64,000 nt of DNA, from assembly GCF_963921235.1 (NCBI RefSeq), contig NC_086097.1, positions 53,694,001-53,758,000 of the forward strand. The letters are read 5' to 3'. Position numbers and translations under genes: made by a program. Under the pieces are notes generated by a model, which had not been told where the DNA came from, did no database searches, and was given only the letters and a program-made list of their open reading frames with translations. This document shows, piece by piece, positions 1 through 12,412 of this stretch. The stretch comes from Mobula hypostoma (taxonomy: Eukaryota). Position 1 is the first letter of the stretch, and every line of letters starts with the position of its first letter.

Positions 1-41
1 AGAACTTGGTCATTGAAAAGATCCAGAGCATGTGAATTGTC

Positions 42-235
42 ACAGATGTAGGAAGGGACTGAACCTGGGGGATAAAACAGAGTTAAGATATGCAGATATG
101 AGTTCAGTGGGGCAGGAACCAGCTGAAACAATGGGTCTACCTGTACAAGCAGGTCTGTGGATCTTGGGTAGGAGGTAGAAATGGGAGCTGTGGGGCATGG
201 GAACTATGAGGTTGGTGGCAGTGGATGGGAGATCC
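42..235 (-). mobile_element. Penelope-like element (Neptune-type) reverse transcriptase N-terminal fragment
   Basis: The end of ORF 40..441(-) reads HFYLLPKIHRPACTGRPIVSAGSCPTELISAYLNSVLSP, matching the PLE RT motif FYxLPKIHK..PGRPIVS..PTE.IS.YLD. Confidence 0.8.
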
Positions 236-712
236 ACTGTTGTAAAGTTGAGAAGGTGGATCCAATATTCATCTAACCCTTTGGTTCTGGAATACTGGTC
301 ATAAGATAGATCTGGATGCGTTTGATCCCAGCACGTTCCTAACTTCTGTACTGTGGTCTCCACAGACTCTCCAGTTAATTGCTGGTGTAAAATGCAGGTG
401 TTCTCCTGCAGACAATTTGTAAGTCTTAAAAGTAATTGCAAGAAAGCTTTGAGGAAAATTATAATTATATTCTAATTAGACTGTCATAAATTATTTTATC
501 ATTTCCTGTCAGAGTCACCCTATGTATAGACACTCTTCTGCTTAGCATCACCTTATGGACATACAATCAATGTGTGTATATCATCTAACTTATGTATTTA
601 TACTGATTGTGTTTTTTATTTTGTGTTCTTTATCTTATTGTGTTTTTTTTGGTGCTACACTACATCGGATCCAGATTAACAATTATTTTGTTAACCTAGA
701 TAATGTTTTCCT

Positions 713-849
713 GACGAAGCCCTGACGAAGGGTCTCGGCCTGAAACGCCGACTGTGCCTCTTCCTAGAGATGCTGCCTGGCCTGCTATGTTCACCAGCAA
801 CTTTGATGTGTGTTGCTTGAATTTCCAGCATCTTCAGAATTCCTGTTGT
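713..849 (+). mobile_element. 5'-truncated PLE 3' end (pLTR) with hammerhead core and 12-bp TSD
   Basis: TSD taatgttttcct at 701-712 and 850-861; core ctgacga-agggtctcggcct-gaaa-cgcc-gactg; same 3' terminus (cagaattcctgttgtt) as the copy at 44156. Confidence 0.85.
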
Positions 850-2059
850 TAATGTTTTCCTTAATATCTTCTGAAAAATGAAAATATCATTTGATAAGAT
901 ATTTTATTGTCATCTCTTTAGAGTTAAATTTCCTGTTCACAAAATTAACATCTCCTTTTCCCCACTTGTGATTCTCTAAGAATACCTATGATTTGATTAG
1001 CCATTTTTTTAATCAGTTTTCCCTAGCTTCTTGTCTAATGTTCCTTTGCCTTCAGGAGATTCCTGATCATTAAATGCAAACATGATAAATGTTTCACAAT
1101 GCTGACCTGATAGGGTTGCACATTCTTTGAAAGAATGATTTCGCAGTCAGATCACGCACAGTTGCTATCTGCTGCTCCTGAAAGTCTAAACGTCTACATG
1201 GTCCTTGACTATCAGTAACTCAATAACTCATTAAAAAATAGAACAATTACAGCCATTGTTGGGCTATAGTAGCCACCTGTTGATTTCAGCCTTCCACAAG
1301 AAAATAAGGATTTATCTCAAGGCCAGTTAATATGATCAATGCTTATGCAGAGTAACTGTGAACAGTGATTGGGGTAGGGTAGAGGGTGTAGAGGTTGTGG
1401 AGTCCTTTACAACCATGTAGTAGCTGAGTATAGCTTTTGCTTTAAGAAGAAAAAGCATAATAAAAAGCTAGTTGTGGAACAAGATTCTACTTGCAAAATA
1501 AATTCTTGATCTGCTAGTTAACATTTACCACAGACAAAGCAATTCGGAGGAGTTGGTTTCTGTCAAAAATCACATTAGAACTGTTGTTGCCTCAGAGAAG
1601 TTGGTTTCAGGTAAATAAGGTAAAACAAAATCTTCAAACAGAAGTGTAATTATAATAGGATTTCTGCAATGAACTATAATCTGTTTCTAGTGGAAAATTT
1701 CAGAATTCATTTTTAGATAGTTCTCTTTAATTGTTTGAGATTGATATCTTCAAACTCTCCAAAGGTTTCTTCAAGGCAGCAGACAAAACAGATGTAATCT
1801 TATAAAATTTCAAGCTTTGAACCCCAAGTTGTAGTAAACATTGTACATAATCATAAACTTACAAGTGATTAAAGTTTCTGTACCTCGACTTTGTAGTACC
1901 TTCTCTCTCTGTTATAGATTTTATTTCCTAACCAGATTTGATGTTTCAGAGTCATTAAAAATACTAGAAAGCTGTATTCCCTTTATTAATTAATCAATCT
2001 ATTTTTCTTTATTTTAAATTTGCATTAAAATGTAAACTTCTCGAGTAGTGTCCCTCTCT

Positions 2060-2490
2060 TTCGGTGAATGTCAGTGATATTGTAAGATGGTATCATGGTT
2101 CTGCATTTTTGGACTGCGGACTTTTTCCAGACTTACTGCTTTTATATTCTGTGTTTTATTTTTAAATCGCCTGTTCCTTTTCCGTTTTGTTATGTGAGGA
2201 GAGGCAATTGGGTGGGGGGCGGTTGATGTTCTGTTAGTCTTTTGTGTGGGGAGTGGTTGTTTTTTTGGTGGGGAACGATGGTCCAGTTCCGTTTTGTGTC
2301 AGGGGAGTGGGTTTTGGGGAGCTGATGATTGAAATGCTGTACTTTTTTGTATGGTGGGGGAGGTTGATGTTTCTCTCTGAATGACTTTCATGTTCTTTCT
2401 TTGTCTTGTGGCTATCTGGAGAAGACAAATGTCAGAGTTACATATGGATACATGTGTTGATAATAACTTTACCTTTAACCTTTGAACATT
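2060..2490 (+). mobile_element. Non-coding LINE-tail/SINE-like remnant with a Rex-type 3' tail
   Basis: GT-rich body ending gataataactttacctttaacctttgaac, resembling the 3' ends at about 21890 and 47970. Confidence 0.45.
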
Positions 2491-3034
2491 AAGTGACCTT
2501 TAACTGTATGATAACATACATTATTTCAAAAGATGGAATTGGCTTTCTGCTTTTTTTTCAAGATACATCATACATTTACGCATTACCAGAAGTTGGTCAG
2601 TTGTGATGAAAAGTCACTAATCTGTAATAATAATGTTTCTCTTTCTTCACAAATATTGCCTGAATTCCTGAATATTTCAGGTTTTCTGCACTTTAAATCG
2701 GATCTTCTGCTGTTGCTGTGTTTTATATCTCATAGCTTGCTTTCTTTTCCTTTCCTTCTGTTCTTATTCACCTCCTTCTATTTGCCTCTCCTCCAGGTAA
2801 CTCTGCTGTGGCTAATAAACCCTGAGCACCCTGATGCAGCAAACCTCACTTCTGCTTATTTCAGTCAGTCTCGAACTTCCTACTCCATTTCAGGCATTTC
2901 CTTTGTTCTCTCCACCTCTCCCCCTTTCTCTGCAGCTTAGAATGTATTAAATTTCTACCTTTTCTGGTAAAAGATCATCAAGCGGAGACATCTACTGTGC
3001 AACTCTGCCACACGTGCTGCCCAAACCATCAAGT

Positions 3035-3317
3035 GTGGCGGCAAGGAGCATAGTGGTCAGCACAACGCTTTACAGTGCCAGCGCCCGGCTCATTTCCTGC
3101 TGTTGTCTGTAAGGAGTTTGTATGTTCTCCCCATGACCGCGTGGGTTTCCCCCGGGGGTTCAGGTTTCTTTCCACAGTCCAAAAATCTACCGATTGGTAG
3201 GTTAATTGGTCATTGTAAATTGTCTTGGAATTAGGCTAGGGTTAAAATTGGGGGATTGCTGGGCGGCGCGATTCAAAGGGTTGGTAGGGCCTGTTCTGCT
3301 TTGTATCTTAATAGATA
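3035..3317 (+). mobile_element. tRNA-derived V-SINE (HE1-like)
   Basis: tRNA-like head (A-box-like catagtggtcagca), V-domain ggagtttgtatgttctccccatgaccgcgtgggtttcc...ccacagtccaaa, and a CR1-like tail. Confidence 0.8.
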
Positions 3318-3334
3318 AATAAATTAGTGTTCCA

Positions 3335-3533
3335 ATCACAAACAAGAGAAAATGTGCAGATGCTGGAAATCCAAGCAACAGACACAAAATGCTGGAGGAA
3401 CTCAGCAGGCCAGGCAGCATCTATGGAAAAGAGTACAGTCAACGTTTTGGGCCGAGATCAAGAGTGGACTGTTTAGACTTTTCCATAGATGCTGCCTGGC
3501 CTGCAGTGTCCCTCCGGCATTCTGAGAGTGTTG
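3335..3533. mobile_element. Short inverted (head-to-head) pair of PLE 3' ends
   Basis: Arms gcaggccaggcagcatctatggaaaag and cttttccatagatgctgcctggcctgc are reverse complements; degenerate flanking duplication aataaattagtgttcca (3318-3334) / aataaattggtaattcca (3534-3551). Confidence 0.75.
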
Positions 3534-3709
3534 AATAAATTGGTAATTCCAGCATTCACTATTCTCATTCATCTTAAAATGCTCAGCTACTATGCCAATA
3601 CAAAAGTGACCAATATTATTTATAAACCAAAGGATGAACTTTGACTTTTTGCAAGTTTATCCTTCTGAAATTAAGTTCTTAAGAATAATACATAGAGTTT
3701 AAATACTAT

Positions 3710-4070
3710 GATTCAGATCCCTACATGGAGATCAGCACAACTATTTAGCAATGAGTTAGTGCTGTGTTGTATTGGGGCCAAAACATTAATCCTATATCTA
3801 TTTTGCTTTCCCAGGTGAATGTAAGGGATCTTATAGTGCTCAGTAGAACAGGGAGTCAATCCTGATATTCTGGCCAATATGTATTCGTTATTCAACAATT
3901 AAAGAACAGCTAAAGAAAGTAGCTGATCATTATCACATTGTTGCTTGTGAAGAGTTAATGTTTACAAATTGGCAACTGTTTTATTTATATTACTATAGTG
4001 ACGAAACTTCAAAGCATCATGAGTAGTAAAGAATGCAAAGTCCTAAAATTTTGAAAGGTACATGCTTTTT
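3710..4070 (+). mobile_element. Ancient Deu-domain SINE relic (SacSINE1/AmnSINE1-like)
   Basis: Colinear blocks caggtgaatgtaagggatc, cagggagt..cctgatattctggccaatatgtat, gatcattatcacattgttgcttgtg, caaattggcaactg and tagtgacgaaacttcaaagc match the recalled Deu domain plus tail. Confidence 0.65.
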
Positions 4071-5099
4071 ACAATTGGAAACTTTTTTTTCTGCTTTTTG
4101 TAGATAATCCATGAGTATTGTAATACTTCCACTTGCTTTTATTTGTCAATTGCTGAACATTGTTATCTTCCATTTGCTTGGCTACCCTGCAGTCCTTCTA
4201 ATCCTTTCAGTAATGCTGACACCAATTATATTTGACAGCAAGATCAACTAACACTGAAAGAGATAATCTGTTGATTTGGTAACTCACAATTACTCTCTCT
4301 TGCATCAGTCTATGAATCGACTTTCCTTGGCCTGACAGTTCATTTAGGTCGACAGACTTCATATTTTACGTTCAAGTTAATTGGAGATGGGTATCATATC
4401 TGATAATGTAACTGGTTAATATCCCACCTGATCAACAAGAAAACAAAGTGAGTGGGTGAATTTCTGTGTATCCACTTTACGCTATTTCATGAGGTCAAAA
4501 CCCACCTTATTGTTTTTAATACTTGATCCATAAAGCTAGGAACATGTAGTTGGCACTTGGGAAACTTATACCAATGCAGGTCACTCAGCCTCATCATGAT
4601 GGTCAGAATCATAGAAACAGGCCCCTTCAGCCCATCGAGTCTGCCCAGACCATCAGCTACCCACTTATACCAAACCTACACAGATCCCCATTATCATTGC
4701 CCCTGAGAAACATTCAGCAGCTTTAGGGAAATATCAAGTCAGCAAAGAGATTACCATGGATTCATTGGGTTAACGGACTTGCTTCAGTGCTATATATCTC
4801 TATGGCTCCTAGTTTCTCATCTTTCATTTTCATTCTTTTCCCTATCCTTTGATACCTTCATCTTGCAAATGCTCTCTGTTGTCTTAATTATTTCAATTCT
4901 TCCATCATATCTATCATTTATGGAGCTAGATATGTTGTTTTAAATATTCTTTTCTAATTTCATTCTTAAATTATTGGGCATTAATGTTAAGATTCTATGT
5001 TGAAGGAGATCCATCTTGGTTTCCCCCTCTACAGGTTATTCCTTATTTATCTCACTGGGTCCCTTTATTTCTTTATCCACCTTCATTAGATTAATAAGG

Positions 5100-6740
5100 A
5101 GAGAAAAGATATAATGTAAAGGTAAGCTACAGGATGCAAAAAGTCTTTTCAGATATAGAAACAGTGAAAGGGAGGTGAGTATGGATATCAAAATGTTGGA
5201 AAATGATGCTGTAGAGGTAGTAAGAGAGCGGATGAACTGAATAAATATTTTGTGTCAGTCTTCACTGTGGAAGACACCAGCAGTAGGCCAGAAATTCAAT
5301 AGTGCCAAGCAACAGAAGTGAGTGTAGTTGCTGTTAATAAAGGGCCTGGGAAGCTAAAAGATCTGTAGGTAGGTTAATCGCCTGGACCAGATGTACTATG
5401 CCCCAGTGTTCTGAAAGAGGTAGCTGAGGAGGTTGTGGAGGCACTAGCAATAATCGTTCATGAAGCACTAGATTCTAGAATGGTTTCAGAGGACTGAGAA
5501 ATTGCAAACGTCATTCCACTCTTCAAGAAGGGAGGGAAGTAGAGTAAAGGAAATTATAGGCTAGTTAGTCTGACTTCAGTGGTTGGGGAGATGTTGGGGT
5601 CCATTACTAAAGGTGAGATTGCAAGGTACTTGGAAGCACATGATAAAATAGGCCAAAGTCAGCGTGGTTTCCTTAAGAGGAAATCTTGCCTGACAAATCT
5701 GTTGGAATTCTTTGAAGAAGTAACAGTGAAGACAGACAAAGGAGAGTCAGTAGCTGTTGTTTACTTGGAGTTTCAGAAGGCCTTTGACAAGGTACCACAC
5801 AGGAGGCTGCTTAACAAGGGCCCATGGTATTACAAGAAAGATACTAGTATGGATAAAAGATTGGCTGACAGGCAGGAGGTAAAGAGTGGGAATAAAGGGT
5901 TTTTTTCTGGTTGTCTGCTGGTGTCTACTGATGTTCCACAGGGGTCAGTGTTGGCACCACTTCGTTTAATGTTATATGTCAGTGATTTGGGTGACAGAAT
6001 TGATGGCTTTATGGGCAAGTTTGCAGACAATACGAAGTTAAGTGGAGAGGCAGGTAGTGTTGAGGAAGCAAGGAGTCTGCAGAACAACTTAGACAGAATG
6101 GGAGGATGGGCAAAAAGTGGCAGATGCAATAGGTGCAGGTAAGTATATGTTCATGCACTTTGGTAGAAGGAATTTTACAAAGGTGGAGAAAACTCAGAAA
6201 GCAGAAGTGCAAGGGGACTTGGGAGTCTTCATGCAGTATTTCCTAAAGGTTAACTTGCAGGTCGAGTCAGTGGTAAGAAACGCCAATGCAATGTTAGCAT
6301 TCGTTTCAAGAGGACTGGAATGTAAAAGCAAGGGTGTAATGCTGAAGCTTCCTAAAGCATCGGTCAGACCACACTTGGATTATTGTGAGCATGGAGAGGT
6401 CCAGAGGAGGTTCATATGTTTCCTCTAGTAGATGTAGTAGATGAGTCTAAGATCAGAGTGGACAGTCTCAGAATAGAGGGACATCCATTTAGAACAGAGC
6501 TGAGAAGAAATTTCTTTAGTCAGAGGGTGGTGAACCTATGGAATTTATTGCCACAGATGGCTGTGGAGGCCAAGTCATTGTGTACCTTTAAAATGAAGGT
6601 TGATTAGTCTGGGCTATGGGGAGAAGGCAGGAAAATGGATTGAGAGGGATAATTAATCATCCATGGTGGAATGAGAGAGCAGACATTGCTGGACCAAATG
6701 GTTCAATTATATTCCTATGTCTTATGGTCTTTTGGTCTTA
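5100..6740 (+). mobile_element. CR1 LINE, 5'-truncated and degenerate (RT domain and 3' UTR)
   Basis: KSCLTNLLEFFEEV, VYLEFQKAFDKVPHRRLL, VPQGSVL, KFADNTKL, RPHLDYC, RNFFSQRVVNLWN; tail cttatggtct. Confidence 0.92.
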
Positions 6741-6899
6741 TCTCTTAAACTCAATGTACAAACAAAGATTATGCACTTCATTTAGTCTTTAACCCTGGTA
6801 TAATGTTGATGAAACTGCAGATTACACCTAATGTACTGATCTTGTGAAACTGAAGGTAGAACATTATGTGGATCTGAAGAATTTATCTTTCATATTTTT

Positions 6900-7250
6900 G
6901 TACAACAAAGAAAAAGACCATTCAGCCTATCAAGTGTAAACTAAACAGGCTTTCAGAGTAAACCCATTAATTGCATTTCCCTACTTTTCTTCCTTTTATC
7001 CTTTTCTCACAAACTCCACTCTGATTCCCTTAGCACCCACCTACACTAGAGGCAATTTACAGCAACCAATCAACCCTCCAACCAGCATGTCTTGGGGCTG
7101 TGGGAGGAAAATGTAGCTTCTAGAGGAAACCCATGCAGTCAAAAAGAGAACAGGCAAAACCCACACTGAAAGCTTCAGAAGTCAGGATCTAATCTAGAGT
7201 GCTGGCGTTGTTCATTAGTAGCATAATCTGTTGCATCAACTTACCACCCT
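6900..7250 (-). mobile_element. Degenerate V-SINE with a CR1-like tail
   Basis: Reverse-complement V-domain catgtcttggggctgtgggaggaaa...gaggaaacccatgcagtc...agaacaggcaaaacccacac. Confidence 0.65.
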
Positions 7251-7429
7251 GAAGAACTGAAGCATTTTTGAATTCCAAACCTATAATACAAAAACCATGT
7301 TATATTGTCCTCTTAGATAATTTTCAGTATCTATACACAAGTCTGTAAGATACAAAATCCTTTTACTTCTCTGTACCAAATAATCTCTCATGATTAATAT
7401 TCTGATTGACTTGAATTCAGAATCATTAA

Positions 7430-8000
7430 ATCAGCCCTCACCCACTTTCAATGTCTCCTGCTGAAGATTTACTTTTTTCATTCAATAACATGTTTCTTTA
7501 CGACTTTCTGTTCCTATTCACAAAGCTCAATAAATAACCCCTAAAAGTGGGTATAGAAGTCTATTCCTTCCTTCGAGTAATTACCATATAGTGAGAAATT
7601 GGGGCCCAGTTCAGACCCCTGGTGAACAATACTTGTTACATCTCCCTTTATCCCTACCCTCTGTCTCCTACTTCCTAACTAATTACTGACCCATGTCACA
7701 AGGTTACCTCCAATTCTATGCATGCTTGTTTTTTTCTAATGATCTCTTTTGCAGACCCTTTTCAAATGCCTTCCGGAAGTTAATATAGATAGCAACCAGA
7801 ATCACTCCCCTATCAACTATGCTAGTGACCTCCTCAAAAAAACACAATTAGATTAGTCAGACATGGCATACCCTTCACAAATCCACGCTGTCTTTCTTTG
7901 ATCAACTAGTACTTGTCCAAGTGTTCAGTCACTCTGTCTCTTGCAATAGATTCGAATTACTTCTTACAACTGATGTTAAACTACAGAAAAGTGTTTATTT
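7430..8000 (-). mobile_element. Highly decayed CR1 RT fragment
   Basis: The minus strand shows remnants of QxGFVKG and FFEEVT...DRGV motifs. Confidence 0.5.
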
Positions 8001-8614
8001 CTCAATTTCTTAAATTATGGAATATACCAGTCCAAATACAGATTCCTGTCCAGGTGACATGGGTGAATTACAGCTATTGCATCTGCAATAATCTTACCTT
8101 TTGGTGTATTTGTCAGTGGTCTGTCTATTGGCTGGCCTCACTTATATCATTAAGTCCAGCTGCAATATTAACTGTTGCCTTAGTGGGGAAGCCATTGGGT
8201 TAGACCTCCAGTGAATTCTGTGGATAAAAGATGATTTTTAACTCACGTTTTAGAGTTGGTAGCTCCTCAAGGAATCTCCAATATCCCTGCCTTCCCTTTT
8301 TGGATTTAGCCCACATTCATAACTCTCCTGACCCTGTTCCATCCTGTTGAAAATGATTATTACTCTGCTGGCTGGTGGTGGGGGGTTGGTGAGGTCACAT
8401 GTAATCCTTATCAACCACTGACCAGCACTCATTGTATCTTTTTGAGGCAGATACATAACTGGTCTCATATACATAAGGCCAGGAGTTAAAATAGTTTGGA
8501 AACTATTTTGCCAAGGTCATAAAGGATTACCTTTCACCTTTCATCTGATCACAGGAAGCCCAGTTAAAGTAAATGTTGTACTGATCTCTGGATTGTGCTG
8601 CCTCCTTCACATAC

Positions 8615-8820
8615 AATAAAACAAAACACTGAAGGAACTCAGCAGTCAGGCAGCACCTGTGGAGTTGATATTTTGGATCGGGACTCTGCATCAGAGTTCA
8701 GTCATACAATGTAAGGCACAACCCACAACCTGAACCATTCCTCCACAGAAGCTGCTTGACTCATTTCATCCAACAGTTTGTTTTACTCCCTATTGCAGCA
8801 TCTGCCGGCTCTCGTGCCTC
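8615..8820. mobile_element. Old inverted pair of PLE 3' ends
   Basis: ggaactcagcagtcaggcagcacctgtggag is inverted relative to ctccacagaagctgcttgact; decayed hammerhead-like core on the minus strand. Confidence 0.55.
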
Positions 8821-9273
8821 CATTCTCCTCACATACTTACTAACTGCAGCAGACGTCATGCGTGCAACAGACCACCAAACTAATGGGAATTTTGAGGAAC
8901 CTACTGTCAAAAATGGCTTTGGCTGATACTGCTGAGAAAGCATTCATCTTTTGGCCCATTTTGGTGGACAGGCGCTACCATTTTGGCCACAGGATCCGGC
9001 AGAAACCAATGTCAGGAGGACAGAGGCAGACAATATGCTAGGCCTTGTTTAGCCCGAACAGTCACCAGCAAGTTTCTAATCTTGCTTAGCTGACATTTGA
9101 GTCAGGTTGTGGAACAATATTACTCAGCATAGAACCTTATGGTTCAGGTGAATGCATTCAATCCATCATGAAGGTATTAATTCCCTTTAAAAAATCTTTC
9201 AACTTCATATACTTACACAATCCATTTCCAAACTTACAGTACATCTGAACCTACCATTATTACAAGAGGTACA

Positions 9274-10858
9274 TAGTGCCTATAAAAAGTATTCACCCCC
9301 CCCCCAGAAGTTTTCATGTTTTATTGTTTCACAACATTGAATCTCAGTGGATTTAATTTGAATTTTTTTGACATTGATCAATAGAAAAAGACTCCTTCAT
9401 GTCAAAGTGAGAACAGATCTCTACAAAGTGAGCTAAATTAATTACAAATATAAAGCACGAAATAATTGAATACATAAGTATTTACCCACTTTAATATGAC
9501 ACATCACTGGTGCAGCCAATTGGTTTCAGCAGTCACATAATGAGTTAACTGGAGATCACCTGTGTGCAGACAAGGTGTTTCAATTGATTGTAGTAAAAAT
9601 ACACCTGAATCTGCAGGGTTCAACTGTAGGTGAATCAGTATCCTGGCAAAAACTACATCATGAAGACAAAAAAACACTCCAAGCAACTCCACATAAAGGT
9701 TATTGGAAAGCACAAGTCAGGAGACAGATAAAAGAAATTTCCAAGTCACTGAATATCCCTTGGAGTACGGTTAAGTCATCATCAAGAAATGGAAAGAATA
9801 TGGCACAGTTGTAAATCTGTGTAGAACAGGCTAGTGAGGGAGGCCACCAAGAGATCTATGGCAACTCTGCAGAAGTTACAAACTTCAATGGCTGAGCTGG
9901 AAGAGGCTGCGTATACAACTGTTGCCCAGGTGCTTCACCAGTCGCAGCTTTATGGAAGAGTGGCAAAGAGAAAGCCACTGTTGAAGAAAAAGCACATGAA
10001 ATCTCAGCTAAAGTTTGCCAGAAGGCATGTGGGAGAGTCTGAAGTCTGCTGGAAGTAAGTTCTGTGGTCTGATAAAACCAAAATTGAGCTTTTTGGCCAA
10101 CAGACTAAATGTAATGTTTAGTGTAAACCAAACTCCACATATCATCAAAAATACGCCATCCCTACCATGAAGCATGGTGGTGGCTGCATCATGCTGTGGG
10201 GATACTTCACTGCAGTAGACCCTGAAAGGCTTGTGAAGTTAAGAGTGTAAGATGAATGCAGAAAAACACAGGGACATCCTGGAGCAAAGCCTGGTGCAGT
10301 CTACAAGAGTCCTGCAACTTTGGAGAAGATCTGTTTTCCAGCAAGACAATGACCCCAAGCATAAAGCCAAAGCTATACAGGAATGGCTTAAAAACAACAA
10401 AGTTAATGTTCTGGAGTGGACAAATCAGAGTCCAGACCTCAATCCAATGGAGAATTTGTGGCTGGACTTGAATATGGCTGTTCACTCATGATCCCCATGC
10501 AATCTGACAGAGCTTGAGCAGCTTTGTAAGGAAGAATGGTGAAAATTTACAGAGTTCAGATATGGAAAACTGATATTGACCTATCCACAGACTCATGGCT
10601 GTAACTACTGCCAAAGGTGTATCTACTAAATATTGGCTTGAAGGGGGTGAATACTCATGCAATCAATTATTTTGTGTTTTATATTTGTAATTAATTTAGA
10701 TCACTTGGTAGAGATCTGTTTTCACTTTGAGCAAAATAGTATTTTTCTGTTGATCGGTGTTAAAAAAGCCAAATTGAATCCTCTGTGATTCAATGTTGTA
10801 AAACAATAAAACACAAAAACTTCCAAGGGTGGCAAATGCTTTTTTTTAATAGGCACTG
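9274..10858 (+). mobile_element. Tc1-family (DD34E, IR/DR type) DNA transposon, full length but inactivated
   Basis: Imperfect TIRs of about 215 bp (9274-9490 and 10640-10858) ending aggcactg-TA; transposase from ATG 9660 to about 10640 with WSD, QQDNDPKH and SPDLNPMENLW (34 residues between the second D and E); several stops and frameshifts. Confidence 0.95.
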
Positions 10859-11517
10859 TATTCCACACCACCAAAACCTACTGTAAACAATCCCCACTCT
10901 CATTTCACTAGACTCTCCTTCCCAATTATATTAGTTATATTCTTTGGTTATCAGCCCCAGAGCCAGTTTCTATGCTGTATACATTGGTGACTAAACTAAC
11001 CTGATATTCCGTTCCTCGGTGAATGCCCCTAAGTCATAAGGTCAACAAACTTTCAAATAAATCTTCTGCTGATTTTTAAAGAATTTCTGATTGCCACAGA
11101 ATTACTGAAGATTGACCTGACTAAATGACCTACTCACCATATTGAGCATGCTCGTGTCTTCACAGGACACTGAGCTTACTCTGTGCCAATTTTGAGCACA
11201 AGTACAAACTCAATTCCAGATGAATTTCTTGAGCCGGGTATAATTCCAATCTTGAATAGACATTTGGACAGCTACACGGATAAGATGACAGAAGTGGGAA
11301 TACTTCACTAACTCAGAATTTCTGACAACCTGAAATTCCAAAATTAGTAATTTAGCTAAAATATATTGTATTCTTACATCAGTCACATTTTCACTGGTGT
11401 ATGTGGTTTTCTAGATCAGGGTCACCATAATCTGAATTTAAAGATTATTTGATTATGTTTTCATACACAGATGCAATATAGAAGGATATTGCATGTCAAA
11501 GTTATATTCAGCATTGA

Positions 11518-12412
11518 GAGGGTAGAAGGGTGGGTTGGCAAGTTTGCAGATGACACAAAGGTTGGTGGTGTTGTAGATAGTGTAGAGGATTGTTGAAGAT
11601 TGCAGAGAGACATTGATAGGATGCAGAAGTGGGCTGAGAAGTGGCAGATGGAGTTCAACCCGGAGAAGTGTGAGGTGGTACACTTTGGAAGGACAAACTC
11701 CAAGGCAGAGTACAAAATAAATGGCAGGATACTTGATAGTGTGGAGGAGCAAAGGGATCTGGGGCTACATGTCCACAGATCCCTGAAAATTGCCTCACAG
11801 GTAGATAGGGTAGTTAAGAAAGCTTATGGGGTGTTAGCTTTCATAAGTCGAGGGATAGAGTTTAAGAGTCGCGATGTAATGATGCAGCTCTATAAAACTC
11901 TGGTTAGACCATGCTTGGAGTACTGTGTCCAGTTCTGGTTGCCTCCCTATAGGAAGGATGTGGAAGCATTGGAAAGGGTACAGAGGAGATTTACCAGGAT
12001 GCTGCCTGGTTTAGAGAGTATGCATTATGATCAAAGATTAAGAGAGCTAGGGCTTTACTCTTTGGAGAGAAGGAGGATGAGAGGAGACATGATAGAGGTA
12101 TACAAGATATTAAGAGGAATAGATAGAGTGGACAGCCAGCGCCTCTTCCCCAGGGCACCACTGCTCAGTACAAGAGGACATGGATTTAAGGTAAGGGGTG
12201 GGAAGTTCAAGGGGGATATGAGAGGAAGGTTTTTTACTCAGAGACTGGTTGGTGAGTGGAATGCACTGCCTGAGTCAGTGGCGGAGGCAGATACACTAGT
12301 GAAACTTAAGAGACTACTAGACAGGTACATGGAGGAATTTAAGGTGAGGAGTTATATGGGAGGCACAACATTGTGGGCTGAAGGGCCTGTACTATTCTAT
12401 GTTCTATGTTCC
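11518..12412 (+). mobile_element. CR1 LINE 3' portion, comparatively young
   Basis: KFADDTKVGG followed by a 275-aa ORF (QRDIDRMQKWAEKWQMEFN...RPCLEYCVQFW...RGDMIEVYKI); tail (tatgttc)n. Confidence 0.95.

Noticed and set aside
2533..2940. 135-aa hydrophobic ORF as a membrane protein
   Set aside because: It lies in pyrimidine-rich decayed PLE-tail sequence, and the Leu/Phe/Ser bias is compositional.
3035..3110. tRNA gene
   Set aside because: It is a degenerate SINE head continuing directly into a V-domain, with no intact cloverleaf.
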